Part shown: positions 1-17,491 of the stretch, piece by piece
Layout of the letters: the number at the start of each line of letters is the position of its first letter
How positions within the stretch are numbered: the first letter of the stretch is position 1
Assembly (NCBI RefSeq): GCF_009914755.1
Contig: NC_060933.1
Length of the DNA stretch: 64,000 nucleotides
Source: the human T2T-CHM13v2.0 reference genome, Homo sapiens
Strand: one strand, 5' to 3'
Program-made: the position numbers and the translations under genes
Notes under the pieces: model-generated
What the model saw: the letters and a program-made list of their open reading frames with translations, nothing else
Told to the model about the DNA's origin: nothing
The model's database searches: none

Positions 1-164
1 CAACATCACACAGAGAAAATAGGAGCAGGATGTTCTGTTTCTGTTCAATAAAAATTTTGTTTCCAAACACTAAACCTTTTTATAGGTAGTTGTGATTTTT
101 TTCCCTGTCTTTACTTGGGCTTCTGATTGTATTTATTTATTTATTTTCTCCTTTCTGCTTCTAG

Positions 165-222
165 TATTCTAGTCAAGAAGAAAGCCAGAGGAAGCCATTG
201 CCCACTGCTGCCGCCCAGTGTT
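165..222 (+). CDS. UNC13B: UNC13B internal coding exon, 58 nt (YSSQEESQRKPLPTAAAQC + T), phase 0 to 1
   Basis: Pyrimidine tract and ttctag| acceptor, T|gtaagt donor. Peptide matches the recalled ubMunc13-2 sequence after the C2A domain; joins in frame to 32234 or 36861. Confidence 0.95.
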
Positions 223-1039
223 GTAAGTGAGAAACTTGTCTATGAATCTCTTTTAATTGTAGCTTTCTGTCGCTTCTCTGAACATGGGTTATTCTGAGCT
301 GGGGAGGGTGGAGATGTCATGTGTGTAAGCAGAAGATATTCCTGAAGCACATCTGTTCAGGCGCCTTTCTCTGATGGCTGTCTATCTATTAGCTTTAGGG
401 AGACGTTTTTCGGTTTTGTATGGGGGGAGTAGGGCTCATCTTTTTTTCTACATTTGTTAGCTTCTACCCCTGGAGGAATGATTTAACCCCCTCTATCCCT
501 GTTTACCTGTTATTATTCTTTAAGGCTCAGTTTAAATATCATCACTTCTGGGTAATCTTTGTGCTGTTTTCTCCTTCTCCCAAGTCTAACTTAGGTCTCT
601 CCTGTGTGCTTCCATTTTACTGTGTGCACATCCATCATATGACATATATATATTTCTTTGACATGAACACAAAGTTTTAAAAGACATAGACATTGTTCCA
701 TTTTATATTCTTTGCATTTGGCTCAACACCTATGCATAGTATACCTCAATAAAATTTGATAAATGATTGACTTATTTCTCCTGAGATTGATTTGTCAAGA
801 TCACACAGATTAATTATTGAAATGAGCCATACGTTTTTGGTATATTGTTACCCTCTCCCCAGTTTCCCTCAAAACAGCTTGAGACACTAAAGGACTGACT
901 TAGAGTCTGATCTATTTCGCTTTTTCAACCTGTGATATGTGTGTGTGTGTGTGTGTGTAGGGGGATGCGGGGGGGGGGGATTTTGATACTTTTGTGTTGC
1001 TCTGTTTTTTCTGAATCTCATGCCAAACTCCATCAACTA

Positions 1040-1434
<395 letters not shown>

Positions 1435-2649
1435 TTACAGTATGCCAGATGCCATTCTGAGACTTTAAGTATTCTAATTTATTTAAACTTCACAACAACC
1501 CTAAGACAGATTTTACTGTTGTTCCCATTTTTGAGAGCAGGAAACTGAAGCATAAATAGATTGAGTAATTCGCCACAAATCACATAGCTAGTAACTGGTG
1601 AAGTAAATATTCAAACACAGAAAATCTGACTTAGTAGCTCCTACCTCTGTGTGAACCACTGTGTTATATTGATTCCTTCATATTGTTTCTGAAAAGGAAA
1701 ACCTTTGTCCATGGTTTGTGAATCTGTTGGTTGCCTTCAATTTGGTACATTCTATAGGCCCACTTTCCTGATAAAAGTAAAGGCCAATGGTAGAGGTGAA
1801 CTTTTTTTTCTTTATTTAAAGAAAACCTATTTTTCATATGATTTATTACTAACTTTTGTTTTTTGCTGTTTAGGACCGAACATTTAAGGTCATAGGAGGT
1901 CAGAAGAATCTGAATCCAAAACCAGGTTTTCAGGTTTACAGGTCCTTTTCAAAACTCATTGTAATGAGTTCATTGTGATTGATTTAATCTTTTAAACCTT
2001 TTTCCACGACTGCTAATGAGAAGCAAAATGTAAAGATTGAGATTTTACTTCCTACTCCTTCCTGGTCTCATTGATGAAATATAATTGAAGCGATTAAAGC
2101 GCAAATGCCAAGAGGGCAGGAGGAAATAAAAAACCTTAAATAATCAAGCAACTTTATTCCCATACATTTTTCATATGTTTACAGGCTATTTTATTTTTCT
2201 GTGAATAAGCCATTCTTGTCTTTTGCCTGCTCCCTCGTATATTTTTATTTTGAGAAATGTTAAACCTATAGAAAAGTTGAAAGAACAGTACCAAGAGTGC
2301 TCATTACCCTTTACTAGGTTCAGTGACAAGCATTTTGCCAGATTTGCTCTTTCCCTCATCCCCCTCTTATTTTTCTCTCATGTTTCTTTATCTCTGTCTC
2401 CATACATACATACACAAAAATACAAGTATTTTCTGAATCATTTGAATATAAGCTGCACATGCTATAACACATCAGCGTGTTTCTGCTAAGAGCTAGGAAA
2501 GTCAACATAACTGAAATACCATGATCACAATCAAGAAATTTAAGACTGATACAGTAATATTGTCTATAATACAGTCTATATTAAGAACTCCCTAATTGTC
2601 CCCAAAAATATTTTGAAAGCTTTTTTTATATTTTAAAAAATTTTATTTA

Positions 2650-3290
2650 TTTTTTAATTTTTATGGGTACATAGTAGGTATTTATGGAATACATGAGTAT
2701 TTTGATACGGGCATACAATATGTAGTAATCACATCAAGGTAAATGGGGTATCCATCACCTCAAGCATTTATCATTTCTTTGTGTTACAAATATTCCAGTT
2801 ATACTCTTTTAGTTATTTAAAAATGTGTAATAAATTATTGTTGACCATAGTCACCCTATTGTGCTAGCAAATACTAGATCTTACTCATTCTAGATAACTA
2901 TTTTTGTACGCATTAACCGTCCCTAATCTCCTCTTACCCCTAACTCCCCTTCCCAGCCTCTGTTAATCATCCTTCTATTCTCTGTCTCCATGAATTCAAT
3001 TGTTTTAATTTTTAGCTCCCACAAACGAGTGAGAACATGTGAAGTTTGTCTTTCTGTGCCTGGCTTATTTCACACAACATAATGTCCTCCAGTTTCATCC
3101 ATATTGTTGCAAATGACAGGATCTCATTCTTTTTTTTTATGGATAAATAGTACTACATTGTGTTTATGTACTACATTTTCCTTTTCCATTCATCTGTTGA
3201 TGGAAGCTTAGGCTGCTTTCAAATCTTGCCTATTGCGAACATTGCTGCAACAAACATAGGAGTGCAGATATCTCTTTGATATACTTTCAT
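2650..3290 (-). mobile_element. L1 (L1MA-like) 3' fragment
   Basis: gagtgagaacatg...tctttctgtgcctggcttatttcac...catccatattgttgcaaatgacaggatctcattc. Confidence 0.85.
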
Positions 3291-3502
3291 AGCCTTCCCC
3301 CGCCATGATCTAATCAATAACCATACATTTCATTTATTGTCCTGTCTCTTTAACCTACCTTCTTTCCTTCATTCCTTTTCTTTTCTTTGTTCTTTTCTTT
3401 CTCTCTCCTTCCTTCTTTCCTTTCCCTTCCTTTCCTTTCCTTTTCCTTTTCCTTTCTTTTCCTTTTCTCTTTTCACTTTTCTCTTTTTTCTTTCTTTCCT
3501 TT

Positions 3503-4110
<608 letters not shown>

Positions 4111-4532
4111 ACCAAACCAAACCAATACAAAAACAAAACTTTGCCTTTTTGGTCATTTATGATATTGATCTTTTTTTATTTACAAAAATAGTTTATTCTA
4201 ATTATAATCTCTATTCATATGGGGGTATACCTTCTTACAGGTTTCTGGGAAGCAGTTTAGCAATATGTACCAAGTCTTTGAATAGGAATAGGCTTTGACT
4301 CAGCAGCTGAATTTCTGGAAATTTATCCTCAGTCATCACAGCAGACAAAGATATATGTGCAAAGATGTTCACTGCAGAATTATTTAAGTAGCAAAATTTG
4401 AAAATGACTTAATAGTTAAACAGCAGTAAAAAATAATAGTCCTTAAGATAGAATATTATGCATTTATTAAAAATCATGCTTTGAATAATAGGAACATTTT
4501 CATGGAACTTGGTAAAAAAAAAAAAAGTATTA

Positions 4533-4755
4533 CAGTTATCCCTCAGTATACTTGGGGGATTGCTTCCAGGACCCCTGCACGTACCAAAATCCGTGCATAC
4601 TCAAATTCCTCACTTGGCCCTGAGGAACCCACCTATATGAAAACTTGGCCCTCTGTATATGCAGGTTTCACATCCTGCATTTTCTATCTGTCTCATTGAA
4701 AAAGATCCATAAGAGGACTCATGCAGTTCAAGCTTATGTTATTTAAGGGTCAACT
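4533..4755 (+). mobile_element. MER2-like Tigger DNA transposon fragment
   Basis: cagttatccctcagtat...ttccaggaccc...aagggtcaact resembles the recalled MER2 consensus. Confidence 0.75.
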
Positions 4756-4816
4756 TAAAACCCTCAGTGTGTGTGTGTGTTTATGTATATATATACATAA
4801 GCAATTTAAGACTTAT

Positions 4817-6695
4817 TGCTGAGAACTTAATTGTGTCTACCCCCCATTTATATATTGAAGCCTCAACACTCAATATTATTATATTTGGAGACATGGCCTG
4901 TGAGGAGGTGATAAAGGTTAAGTGAGGTCATAATCTGATAGGGCTGGTGCCCTCATAAGAAGAAGAGATAGCAGAGCTCCATCCCTACCAAGTGAGGACA
5001 CAGTAAGAAGGTAGCCATCTGTAAGCCAGGAAGAAAGCCCTCACCAGGAATTGAATCAGCTAGCCAGCCCCTTGATCTTGGACTTTCTAGCCTCCAGAAC
5101 TGTGAGAAATAAATTTCTGTTACTTAAGACACCCAGTCTAAGTGATTTCGTTAAGGCAATCCAAGAAGACTACTGCAGATTTTGGTACTAAGAGGTGGAT
5201 TGTTGCTGAAACAAATACCAAAAAATTTGCAAGTAGCTTTGGAACTGGGTGATGGGTAGAGGCTGGAAGAGTTTTGAGGTGCATGCTAGAAAAAACTGAG
5301 ATTTCCATGAAGGGGTTATTGTTAGAAATATGGACATGAAAGGTGATTCTGGTGAGGGCTTAGAAAGAAAAGAGGAGAGCTACAGAGAAAACTTCCATCT
5401 TAGAGAATGTGTAATTAATCATGATCAGAATGTTGGTATGAGTGTAGATATTAAAGGCAATTTTTGTGAGATCTCAGATAGAAGCAGTTAATAATAATAA
5501 TAAGGAAATAACTGGAAGAAGGATGATCCTTGTTATAAGGTGGCAAAGAACTTGGCTGAATTGTGTTCTAGTGTTTTGTAGAAGGTAGAACCTGAGAGCA
5601 ATTAAATTGCATATTTAGCAGAAGAAATTTCTAAGCAATGTTTTGAAGATGTGATGTGGCTTTCCCTTACTGCTTGTAGTAAAATGCAAGAGGACAGAAA
5701 TGAATGAAGAAAGACTGTTGGACTTCTTAGGTTCTAGAAGACTGGACCATAGAGCTATTTGACTGTGAATCTGTGCTATTTTCCAGGGAAAGGAAAGAAT
5801 TACCCTCAAAGGTGACAGAGGTCATCAGGGCTGCCCCCCTCACCACAGACCTGGGGGCAAGGTCATTTACTTCATTATGTAAGAGGGCAGGCTTATCACA
5901 GTGAGGCAGCTCCTGAAAAGCCAAGGAGGCAGATATATCAAGCCAAAGAGAATTATTCTTGAGTCTTAGATCTAATGGAATTCACCTTGGTAGGCTTTGG
6001 ACTTGCTTAGGACCTGTCACCCCTTCCTTTCTTCCCTGTTTCTCTCTTTTGGAATGGGAATGTCTAGCCTATGTCTGCCCTACGATTGTATTTTGGAAGC
6101 ACATAACTTGTCTGGTTTCGCAGGTTTATAGCTGGAAATGCATTTCGCTTTAGGATGACTCTTTACTCAAGATCACTCGTCTTATTTAGATGATAATTAG
6201 ATAAGACTTGGGACTTTAGACTTTGAAGTGGAAATTGAATGAGTTAAGACTTGGGGCTGTTGGGATGGAATGAATGTATCTTGTGTGGATAAAGACATGA
6301 ATTATGGGGGGCTGGGGCAGAATTGTATGAACTTGATTGTGTCCCCTCCAAATTCATATGTTGAAGCCCTAGTCCCCAGTTTGACTGTATTTGGACATAG
6401 GACCTGTGAGGAAGTGATAAAAGTTAAATGAGGTCATAAGGATGGAGCCCTAATCTGACAGGGCTGGGGCCCATTTAAGAAGAAGAGACACCAGAGCTTG
6501 CTCTCTCCACCATGTGAGGACACAGCAAAAAGGTGACCATCTGCAAGCCAGGAAGAGACTGTTCACCAGAAACCAAACCTTATGGGAACATTGACCTTGG
6601 GCTTTCCAGCCTCAGACTGTGAGAAAATAAATTGTTGTTGTTTAAGCTCCCCAGCCTATGGTATTTTGTTATGGCAGCCTGAGCAGATGTATACA
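4817..6695 (+). mobile_element. ERVL-MaLR element (MLT1A/MST-like): LTR ~4817-5177, internal region, LTR ~6324-6695
   Basis: Two similar ~360-bp LTRs (gtgaggacacag, gtgagaaa-taaatt) flank a MaLR internal sequence starting gattttggtact. Confidence 0.85.
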
Positions 6696-6825
6696 CTATG
6701 TAAATGCATCTATACAATTATAAGAAAAATTACTAGGAAAAGAATGATCAAAATATTAACCAAATTTGTCTCTAGGATATGGGATTGTGGCCTTAAATTT
6801 TTTTTAATAGTTAAAAGTTATTATT

Positions 6826-7745
<920 letters not shown>

Positions 7746-9506
7746 GAGTTACTCTAGCCCCAGTTATTTGGATATACTCTTAAAGGTGATGGGATTCTTT
7801 AAAAGTATTGAGGCAAACTATCTGCTTTTCCCCTTTGTCTCAGGTCAAGCCTTTCTCTTTTAGCATTCAGTAACAACATTCTGCATTCACTTTTATCCTG
7901 TGAAGTTTTTGTCTCATTTGGTAACTGATATATTTATTTTAAAATGTTGTAGGGTAATTATTGTGATTTATTATGTCCATCTGTTTTTTATCCCCCATTT
8001 TATTACCATTTCTAGCATTTAGGCTGACTTGTGCCCATTTCTTGAAAGAAAGGTAAGGCAGAGAGCAGAAGAAGTGATCTTTGTGGTTTTAACTTCCCAA
8101 AGCCTAAGATTTTAGGAGAGTATGCAAAGTGTTCTGGACAAATATTATGAGAGGGAGCAGAGTTTCACCTGAATCTCCCAATTTCTAAGAAGAGCTTCTT
8201 TTGACTTGAATGAGAGGAGAGAAATGCAAGAGAATGAGGAGAGAAAGAAAGAAAGTGACCAGGGTAGATACATTGGGACCTTGTGTCTGCTTTCTGTGTT
8301 AGGGCACTGGTGAAGCAGCAGGAGTCAAAGAGGGGATGGCTAGGTGTTGTGTCTTAGGCAGATGGACCATCACAAAGAGATTCCTATGCTCCAAGTTGCA
8401 CTTGCTCCAAAATGAGTCTTGGGCTTTCTAGAAGTGGGAAAGTGAGCCTCTGGTCCTATTGGAACCACTTGGGCAGGAATAAGAAATGTCTCTCTCAGAA
8501 GTGTTCTCTGTGTCCGAGTGACTAAGGACTGGAGGAGACCTGGACTATCTTGATGAATGCCAGTTCACAAAGACACATCCATGCCATGGGCAGTCACTTC
8601 ACTGCAGTGTCTTTTTAAAAATTATTATGCTTTAAGTTCTGGGTTACATGTGCAGAAACACTGCAGTATCTTATTCACATGCTGTGTCAGTATTCAGAGC
8701 AGTCTTCATGGGACAGGGGCAAGACTTAGGTTGAGACTGAAGGATGAATATGTCTTCTAAGAGTGATAACATTAGTTTTCCTAGGAGACATATTGATCTC
8801 TTTGTTGGTGGTTGTTGCCTCTCTGGCTGATATTGCTTGGTTGTTCCTGCCCTCTGAGGTGTAGGTGAGTGCTGGCTTTCTCAATGGGGTGCAGGTGTGA
8901 GTCTCCAAAGGTTACTTTTGGGGACTCCCTGGGGTCTTATGTGAGTGATTGCTCTGGTTCAACTTCTTTTGTCCTGCTATTGACTACTACCAAAAGATGT
9001 ACTTAGCTTGTTGCTGCTGGTATCCTGTTACTTAGAGGCTTCTTGAATGGGGAAATATCAAGATAACTGGGACTCACCCACATTCCACAGAATTCACATG
9101 ACCCATGGGAACTCAATTATTCTTGCCCTGAGAAACAAAGGATATAGGCAAGCAGTTCCATTCTCTTCTCTGTCTCCCAGCTCTGCCTCCTCTGTTCTTT
9201 TTGGCTGCTTAGAAAAGTACACAGTTCACATCAGCAAGTCTCCTGTCCAAGCAGACATCCAACCTGTCTGGCTCCACTCCCATTCTTGTAGGCATCCCTA
9301 ACCTTTGTGAATTATGAAGCTCCTCCTCACTTGGATTCAGAGCAGAAAAACATTCGTTTTTCCCCTCCCCAGGAGGTGGAGAGGGGAAGGAGTGACCTCT
9401 CTTCACCAACAATTGCTCTCCCAAAGGTTGCTGGGTCCCACATTGACATAGACATTCTACAAGACAGCTGACAAGGATCTAGTTAAATTGTCTTAACAAA
9501 ATTTCC

Positions 9507-9846
<340 letters not shown>

Positions 9847-10134
9847 TTACTGCACAGCTGATGTCAATTTGTCCCTTTATTTGTGATGCTGATGTTAATT
9901 ATTAGTTCAGATGATGTTTTCCAGATCTCTTTGTTGCAAAGATATTTTTCTCCTTTGTAACTAAGTGTGTAGTGGCAGTGATACTTTGAGACTGTGTGTA
10001 TACTGCTTTTATTTAAATAAACTTCCATGCATTAGTTTTAGGATGTATTATGATCATTGCCTAAATTTATTATTACACTGTGGTTGCAAAATGATGATTT
10101 TCTAATTCTGTCATTCTTTTTTAAAAGGAAAAAA

Positions 10135-10970
10135 TGGTTTCTCTATACTTGCACAATTCTGACACCAAGTATGTTTTCCATACCAAGCAATTCTCTGCTA
10201 ACATCAACTGAGTGTCTCATGACTTAATTCTGACACTAGAGATGTGGAGTTAGTGCAGACCCTACAGGTTAAGGGCTCAGTCCCACAAGACTGCCTCCCA
10301 CTTTAGAGACCAATCATAAATCCCAGGTTACTGCCTGAACTTCTGACCAACTGGCTATAAACTGGAGTTCCCACAAGCCCCTCCTCAGGTTCAATAATTT
10401 GCTAGGATGGCTCACAGAACCCAGGAAAACAGTTAATTTGGTATTACCGATTGATTAAAAGGATATTTTAAAGGATACAAACAAATAGCCAGATGAAATG
10501 ATACATTGGAGGAAGTCCAGAAGGGTCTGAGCACAGGAACTTCTGTCCCTGTGGAGTTTTGGGTGCACTACTCTCCCTGTGGGTGCATTTTTGTTCACCA
10601 GTGTGGAAACTCTCTAAACCCCTTTGGCTGGGGTTTTCACGGACACATCATTATGTAAGTATGATTGGTTAAATCATTGATCATTGATGATTAATTGGCT
10701 CAACCTTCAGCCCCTCTTTTCTCCCTGGAGTTTGTGGGGTGGGACTGAAAGTTCTAACCCTCTAATCACAAAGTTGGTTCTTTTGGCAACTAGCCTCCAT
10801 CCTCCAGGAGTTATCACATTAGCATTAACTCAGGTATGATTGAAAGGGGCTTACTATGAATAACAAAAGACAGTCTTATCCCTATCACTCAAGGAGTTAA
10901 AAGGGTTTTAGAAGCTCTGTGCCAAGAACTGCAGGCAGAGACCAAATATTTATTTCTTATTGTGTCACAC
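10135..10970 (-). mobile_element. MER21-family LTR
   Basis: ggttaagggctcagtcccacaagactgcc and ttctgaccaactggctataaa motifs. Confidence 0.7.
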
Positions 10971-12024
10971 TGTTATTATACTGAACAGTTGCCAGTCTTT
11001 TGTAAAGAAGAGCTTTCCTTCTTCGCATACCCCCACCCCTCTTTTAAAATGAGTATCACTATGGACACATGATTTTTTTTTTTGAACCCAGTGTTTTGTA
11101 ATCCTGTTCTGCCATTTTCTTTGATGCTCAAATTGTCCTGAATTTGGCCTATGGGTGTTCCTTTTAACTAGATCCTGTGTCCTTTTGACATGGCCCTATC
11201 ATTCTTTGACCACTTCCTTCCTTCCTTAGTACAAAATATTCCAAGCTCATCTTGTACTTTGCCTTCTCAGTCCTAGAATAAGTCATTTCTCCAATGAGGC
11301 TGGTTATTTTTAGTGGGGAATGGTATTTAAAAATCAAGATCTTGGCACTAGTTTTGCTCGTTGCTACAGGAGGGCTCTTGCTTCTTGGCTCTTTGGATGG
11401 AACTAGGGAACACACTATGTTCTTCATACTGGTATCACCAATTAACACCCTCATCACAAGGTTTTCCTGGTCTCCTTTCATATATTCTCTCTCTCTCTAT
11501 GTATATATATGTGTGTGTGTGTGTGTGTATGTATGTGTTTGTGTATTATGCACATATATATACACATATATACACACATGTGTATATACACACACATATA
11601 CATGTATATCTTCCAGTGAGAACCTCTGTTCCCAAGAACATCAAATTATTTATTCATTTGCTGTGTCCTGTAATGTACACAAACAAATTTTAGGATTAAT
11701 ATACCCAGTGCTATTATCAACAATAAGACAACAGTCTTTAAGATTCTTGAAAGTTTTTTTTTAACCTTAGAATATAAACTCACATAAGATTACAAAACCA
11801 CCAGCACACCAAAAATTTAACAAAATTTTATAATGTCATCAGTATCTATCCTATATTCAAATATCCCCAGTTTTCCCCCAAACTTTCTTGTCCTTTTTGC
11901 ACCATTGTAGAAGTTAATCAAGGTTCACACATTGCATTTGTATGTGGTGTGATTTGAGTGAAGATCGTCTTTTTGCATGTGGATTTCCAGTTGTCCTAAG
12001 ACCATTTGTTAAAAAGGCATTTTC

Positions 12025-12323
12025 GGCCAGGCACGGTGGCTCATGCCTGTAATCCCAGCACTCTGGGAGGCCGAGGCAGGTGGATCACGAGGTCAGGAGA
12101 TCGAGACCATCCTGGCCAACATGGTGAAACCCCATCTCTACTAAAAATACAAAAGTTAGCTGGGTGTGGTGGTGTACACCTGTAGTCTCAGCTACTCAGG
12201 AGGCTGAGACAGGAGAATGGCTTGAACCTGGGAGGTGGAGGTTTTAGTGAGCCGAGATTGCGCCACTGCACTCCAGCCTGGATGACAGAGTGAGACTCCA
12301 TTTCAAAAAAAAAAAAAAAAAAA
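12025..12323 (+). mobile_element. Alu (AluS-like)
   Basis: Full dimer with poly-A tail. Confidence 0.9.
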
Positions 12324-13302
12324 AGGACATTTCTCCCCCCATTAAATTGCCTCTGCATCTTTGTTAAAATCATTCTTACTACCACCACATGTTCCCATTA
12401 CTTTCCTTCCTTTTAGCAGATTAGATTTTATATATTCACATTAGAAAGTGGATATACTTTCTTTTAGGATATGTTCTTCAGATGTGGCCTCAGCTGGGAG
12501 TTGGTAGCAGATGCCAGGAGACGCATGCGGCTTTTTGCATGCTTGAGCCTCAGTACATCATGTTTACTTTTGCAGGTCTTATTGCTCCTCAATTTATAGA
12601 GCTGTTCTGAGGCTGTGCAATCTGATTTGCATATTTGATACAAATCTTGCAACAAATGGTATCAGTATAATATAAACATTTAGCCACAAGGCTAAATGGT
12701 CAGAAGTTGAGCTAGAGGGATAAACTGGTCTGTTCCTTTTCCAAACATACCTAAAGTTTCTAAGGTATTTACACTTCACTCTTCAATAAGGATAATATTT
12801 CTACCTATATCTTGTCAAAGAATGTAGCAACACACCATGTTGCCATACCAGTCTGACTACTACTAAATTCAACAACTTTCTGCTCTTTTCAATTTTTATA
12901 CATGTCTGCCTTGCCCACCCACTGTATTAATGACAGTATCACTGGCTACAATTGAGAATTGAATCAAAAGTGATTTAGCATGTGATGAAGGTTTGGTGAG
13001 ATGACTACTTACATCGAAACCATCCTGGCCAACGTGGTGAAACTGCTAGGGTGTGTAAATTAGTACAACCTTTCTAACTCAGTGATTTTACTTCTAGGAA
13101 GTATTCAAGGAAAATAACTAGAGGTTCAAAGGAAGATTTATGTATAGGTTTTATTTATAATAGTGAAAAATTACAAAGAAAGGAAGAATGGATAATTATG
13201 GTATTTCCATATGATGGAATTGTATACTTTTACATAAATTTTTAAGATAGAGGAAATATTTATGTGTATAAGTTCTAAAAAATAGGATCCTAACCTGATT
13301 AA

Positions 13303-13824
<522 letters not shown>

Positions 13825-16774
13825 TAACCCAAGCCTGACAATACAGAAGCAAGTTATTGTAGATTCACTTTTTTAGTTTGAATTTGAGACTTAGTTGAAT
13901 GATAATTTATTGTTGAGATTGACATAGTTTAGTTCAACAATACCAGTGATTCCTTCACTGAAAATTCCACGTAGCTTTTAGAGTTGCAGTGTACCTTTTA
14001 TTAATGATATCCCTAAAGCCTCCCTTAACTACTTACCGTGTCTGAAACAAAAAGCTTCTGGGGTCTATGTTATTTCTATATGTATTATGATCTAAAAGAT
14101 AGCTTGAACTTTTGCTTGAGATATAGCCCACCTTGGAGTTTCAAAGAGATTTTTCTGGTTATCTATTAAGGGTTTGTTTCACTGGTTTTCTTACAGTATT
14201 GCCTATAATTAGTGATCTATACAAATCATAAACCAAAATGTCCTGAGTACGAATCATTCTTTTAAATTAGTAAAACGGCATAACCCAACATATTGTTTAA
14301 AAATTTTCTTGAAGAATGAATCAGTTCAGAACAGTTGGATGTGAGTCATATCATGAATAACAAGTGACCAAACATTCAGAAGCATTGTCAGTAATATACT
14401 GCTTAGTTGCTGGGTTGTGACAAATTATTTGACCACCACAAACTTCAGAAGAATTTCTTTTACCAGCATATCCAAAAGAGGCATGTTTAATAAAATTACT
14501 TACCTTTCCTCATTTTCAACTCTTACTGTCAAATGTCCTGGTCCTAGTGTCCATTGCGTTGATATTTGTTGATTCTTAGATGGCAAGCAGTAGGTTTTCA
14601 ATGCTTTCCACTAGTTTTCAGCCATTAGACCTGATATTCATATTCCTAGTGTGCACCATATTCAAATACTCCTCTTATAGCCTCTTATTATTCTTGGTCT
14701 CCATCTAAAACTGTTCACTGCCACTCTATTACCTGTCTTATTTCTAATATTCTACCTGTTAGGGGAGGCAGAGAAATGGGTCATTCTGTATATGTAACTA
14801 GGTATTCCCCACTTGGACGATTAGGTTCCTGCCTGCTCTACAAGTGATGATGGTATAATCCCCAACTAAAATCAACCACAAAAAAAACGCTAGGCAGGTA
14901 CTGCCAGTGCTTCTCTTAGTCTCATTTTCACACCTACCAGAAACAAGACTAGCTTTAGGCCTGTGGGCTGTGTTGGCCGCCTCTCAATGGAGGCTAGGAC
15001 TTGCTTTCGTAGTTGGGTCTTATAGACTTTAAGTAGAACAGGAAATGTTGTCCACTCGTTTTTGGTCCAGGATACCTTTCTTTTATTCTGGACCCACCAC
15101 AGCCAGAGGGAGCTGACCCAAGTGGCAATTACTGTGTCAAAGCTTGATCATGTAGAGTATGGGACTATCACTCCACCATTTCATGCCAGAGAACACCATC
15201 TTGAGAGGATCTAGTGCTTCCTGACCATCAGACCTAACTACCTCGCACAGCTCCAAGTAAAAAAGAAGCCTGGTTAGAAATCTGGATCTGTATTACTTAT
15301 TTTCCGTATGACAGTAGCCACCATACTGATAACCCCTGCCTATCAGGAGATATATCTCTTAGAGAGCTTTGTGGCCTCGCACTCTCAACTAGTACTAGCA
15401 TTCTTTTCTTTTCTTTTTTTGTAGAAATGGGGGTCTCACTATGTTGCCCAGGCTGGTCTCAAACTCCTGGCCTCAAGCTATCCTCTGCCTTAGCCTCCCA
15501 AACTGCTGTGATTACAGGTGTGAGCCACCACACCCAGTCAAGAATTTGCATGTCTTACAGATTCAAGAGCATATAGTAGATTAATCCATGTTCCTAATAA
15601 TGCCTTAAAGAGAACCAGAATCTCTCACCATAATTGAATTTTGAAGGGACAGAACTCAGAAAATCTGTCCTCTGTATCCCCTTATAATGACATGTTCTTA
15701 TTCTGTGGCAGGCCCTTTGAAGACATTAGGATGGCCTGCTAGGACTTCTGACAGCCTTCATAAAGAATGCCCCACAATGAAATTTGGGGGACAAATGCCA
15801 AAGATAATCCTGGGAGACCTGAGAGATTATTGAACTCTCTCCTGATGCCCAGGTTCCTCTGGGACATTGCTACCTTGGGTTTAATTATAAATGTATCCAC
15901 TTCTTGAAGCCATAATATAATATGTATGCTGTTCACTTAAATTCAGGGCCCTGTGAGTGGGCTATTTAGTCCCTACACCAGCTGGCCTTTGGCTGCATCC
16001 AAATTGCAGTGCTCCCCCATAAAAGAGATGTCCAGCTCCATAACTTTCCCAATCATTTTTTGTCATACTGTGAAATCATACTTCAATAGATATCATGGGT
16101 TTGGAGCTTTTTGTTCAGTGTCCTCTAGGTTAAAATTCTGCACTCTCAAAGTCATTTGTGATTTAAAGTTGTAGAATGTATTGGTTTTCTTGTTAGTTTT
16201 GAATTCTTTTTTTTTCTTTTCTTTACCTTGGCTGGATAAAGTTATGAATTCTTGATGGCCACTTTGCATGGTATTGTGAAGAGCAGCTCAGAGTCTTTTT
16301 TTCTCCCAAGTCTCCCAACCAGTTATCTTTTTCTGCATCACTTGTTTCTAGGAAATGGGTAAACTAGAGTTAAAACTTTGGTCAGCTTGACTCAAATGTC
16401 TGTGTTCTTTCCGCTATACCACCACCCTGTGGTGGCAAAAATCTCATGGGATATAATTTGCCATTCAGAAATATGTGCTTTTCTTACGTGGCTACTGCCC
16501 TTTGTTTTAATTAAAATTAATTCATTTATTGAATAGGTAATATACTTTGTATAGGAGTTTTAAAATATTAAAGGGAGTATAGTAAAAAGTCTCCCTCCTG
16601 TTCCTATTCCCCAGCCACTTGGGTCTTCTCCCCAGAGGTAATCATCGTTAGCATTTTCTTGTGAATCATTCAAGAGGTTTTACTGCTGTTCGAATATACA
16701 GGTATATACATTAGAGAGATCTTTTGATTATTCTTTCCATCCTTTGAATTGGTTTTATTTACTCATTCATTTAT

Positions 16775-17491
16775 TCTGAGATGGAGTCTCGCTTTGTTGC
16801 CCAGGTTGGAGCGTAGTGGTGTGATCTCGGCTCACTGTGACCTCCGCCTCCTGGGTTTAAGTGATTCCCCTTCCTCAACCTCCTGAGTAGCTGGGATTAC
16901 AGGCGCCTGCAACCACACCTGGCTAATTTTTGTAGTTTTAATAGAGACAGCGTTTCACAATGTTGACTAGGCTGGTCTTGAACTCCTGACATCAAATGAT
17001 CTGCCTGCCTCAGCCTCCCAAAATGCTGGGATTACAGTGAGCCACTGTGCCCGGCCTGAATTGGTTTTAGAGTACCAAATACTACAATAAAATGTCCACA
17101 GCTAACTTATAGTTGAGATTTGAATACTTCTTGATCAGTGTCTTTTTTGGGTTCTCACTCTGTTCTAAGGATTTATTTAAAAGCCACAGGGGCTAGGTGC
17201 AATGGCTTGTGCCTGTAATCCCAGCACTTTGGGAGGCTGAAGTGGGCAGGTTGTTTGAGCTCAGGAGTTCGAGACCAGCCTGAGCAACATGATGAAACCC
17301 GATCTCTACAAAAAATACAAAAATTAGCCTGGTGTGGTGGTGTGTGCCTGTAGTCCCAGCTACATGGGAGGCTGAAGCGGGAGGATCACTTCAGCCCAGG
17401 AAGTTGAGACTGCAATGAGCCAAGATTATGCCACTGCACTCCAGCCTGGGTGACAGAGTGAGAGCCTGTCTCAAAAAAAAAAAAAAAAAAA
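16775..17491. mobile_element. Inverted Alu pair (- ~16775-17056; + ~17192-17491)
   Basis: Alu consensus on both strands. Confidence 0.9.

Noticed and set aside
938-979. (TG)n followed by G runs (possible G-quadruplex)
   Set aside because: Common simple repeat with no nearby splice-site evidence.
13013-13042. Orphan ~30-bp Alu fragment
   Set aside because: Too short to interpret; probably a deletion or repair remnant.
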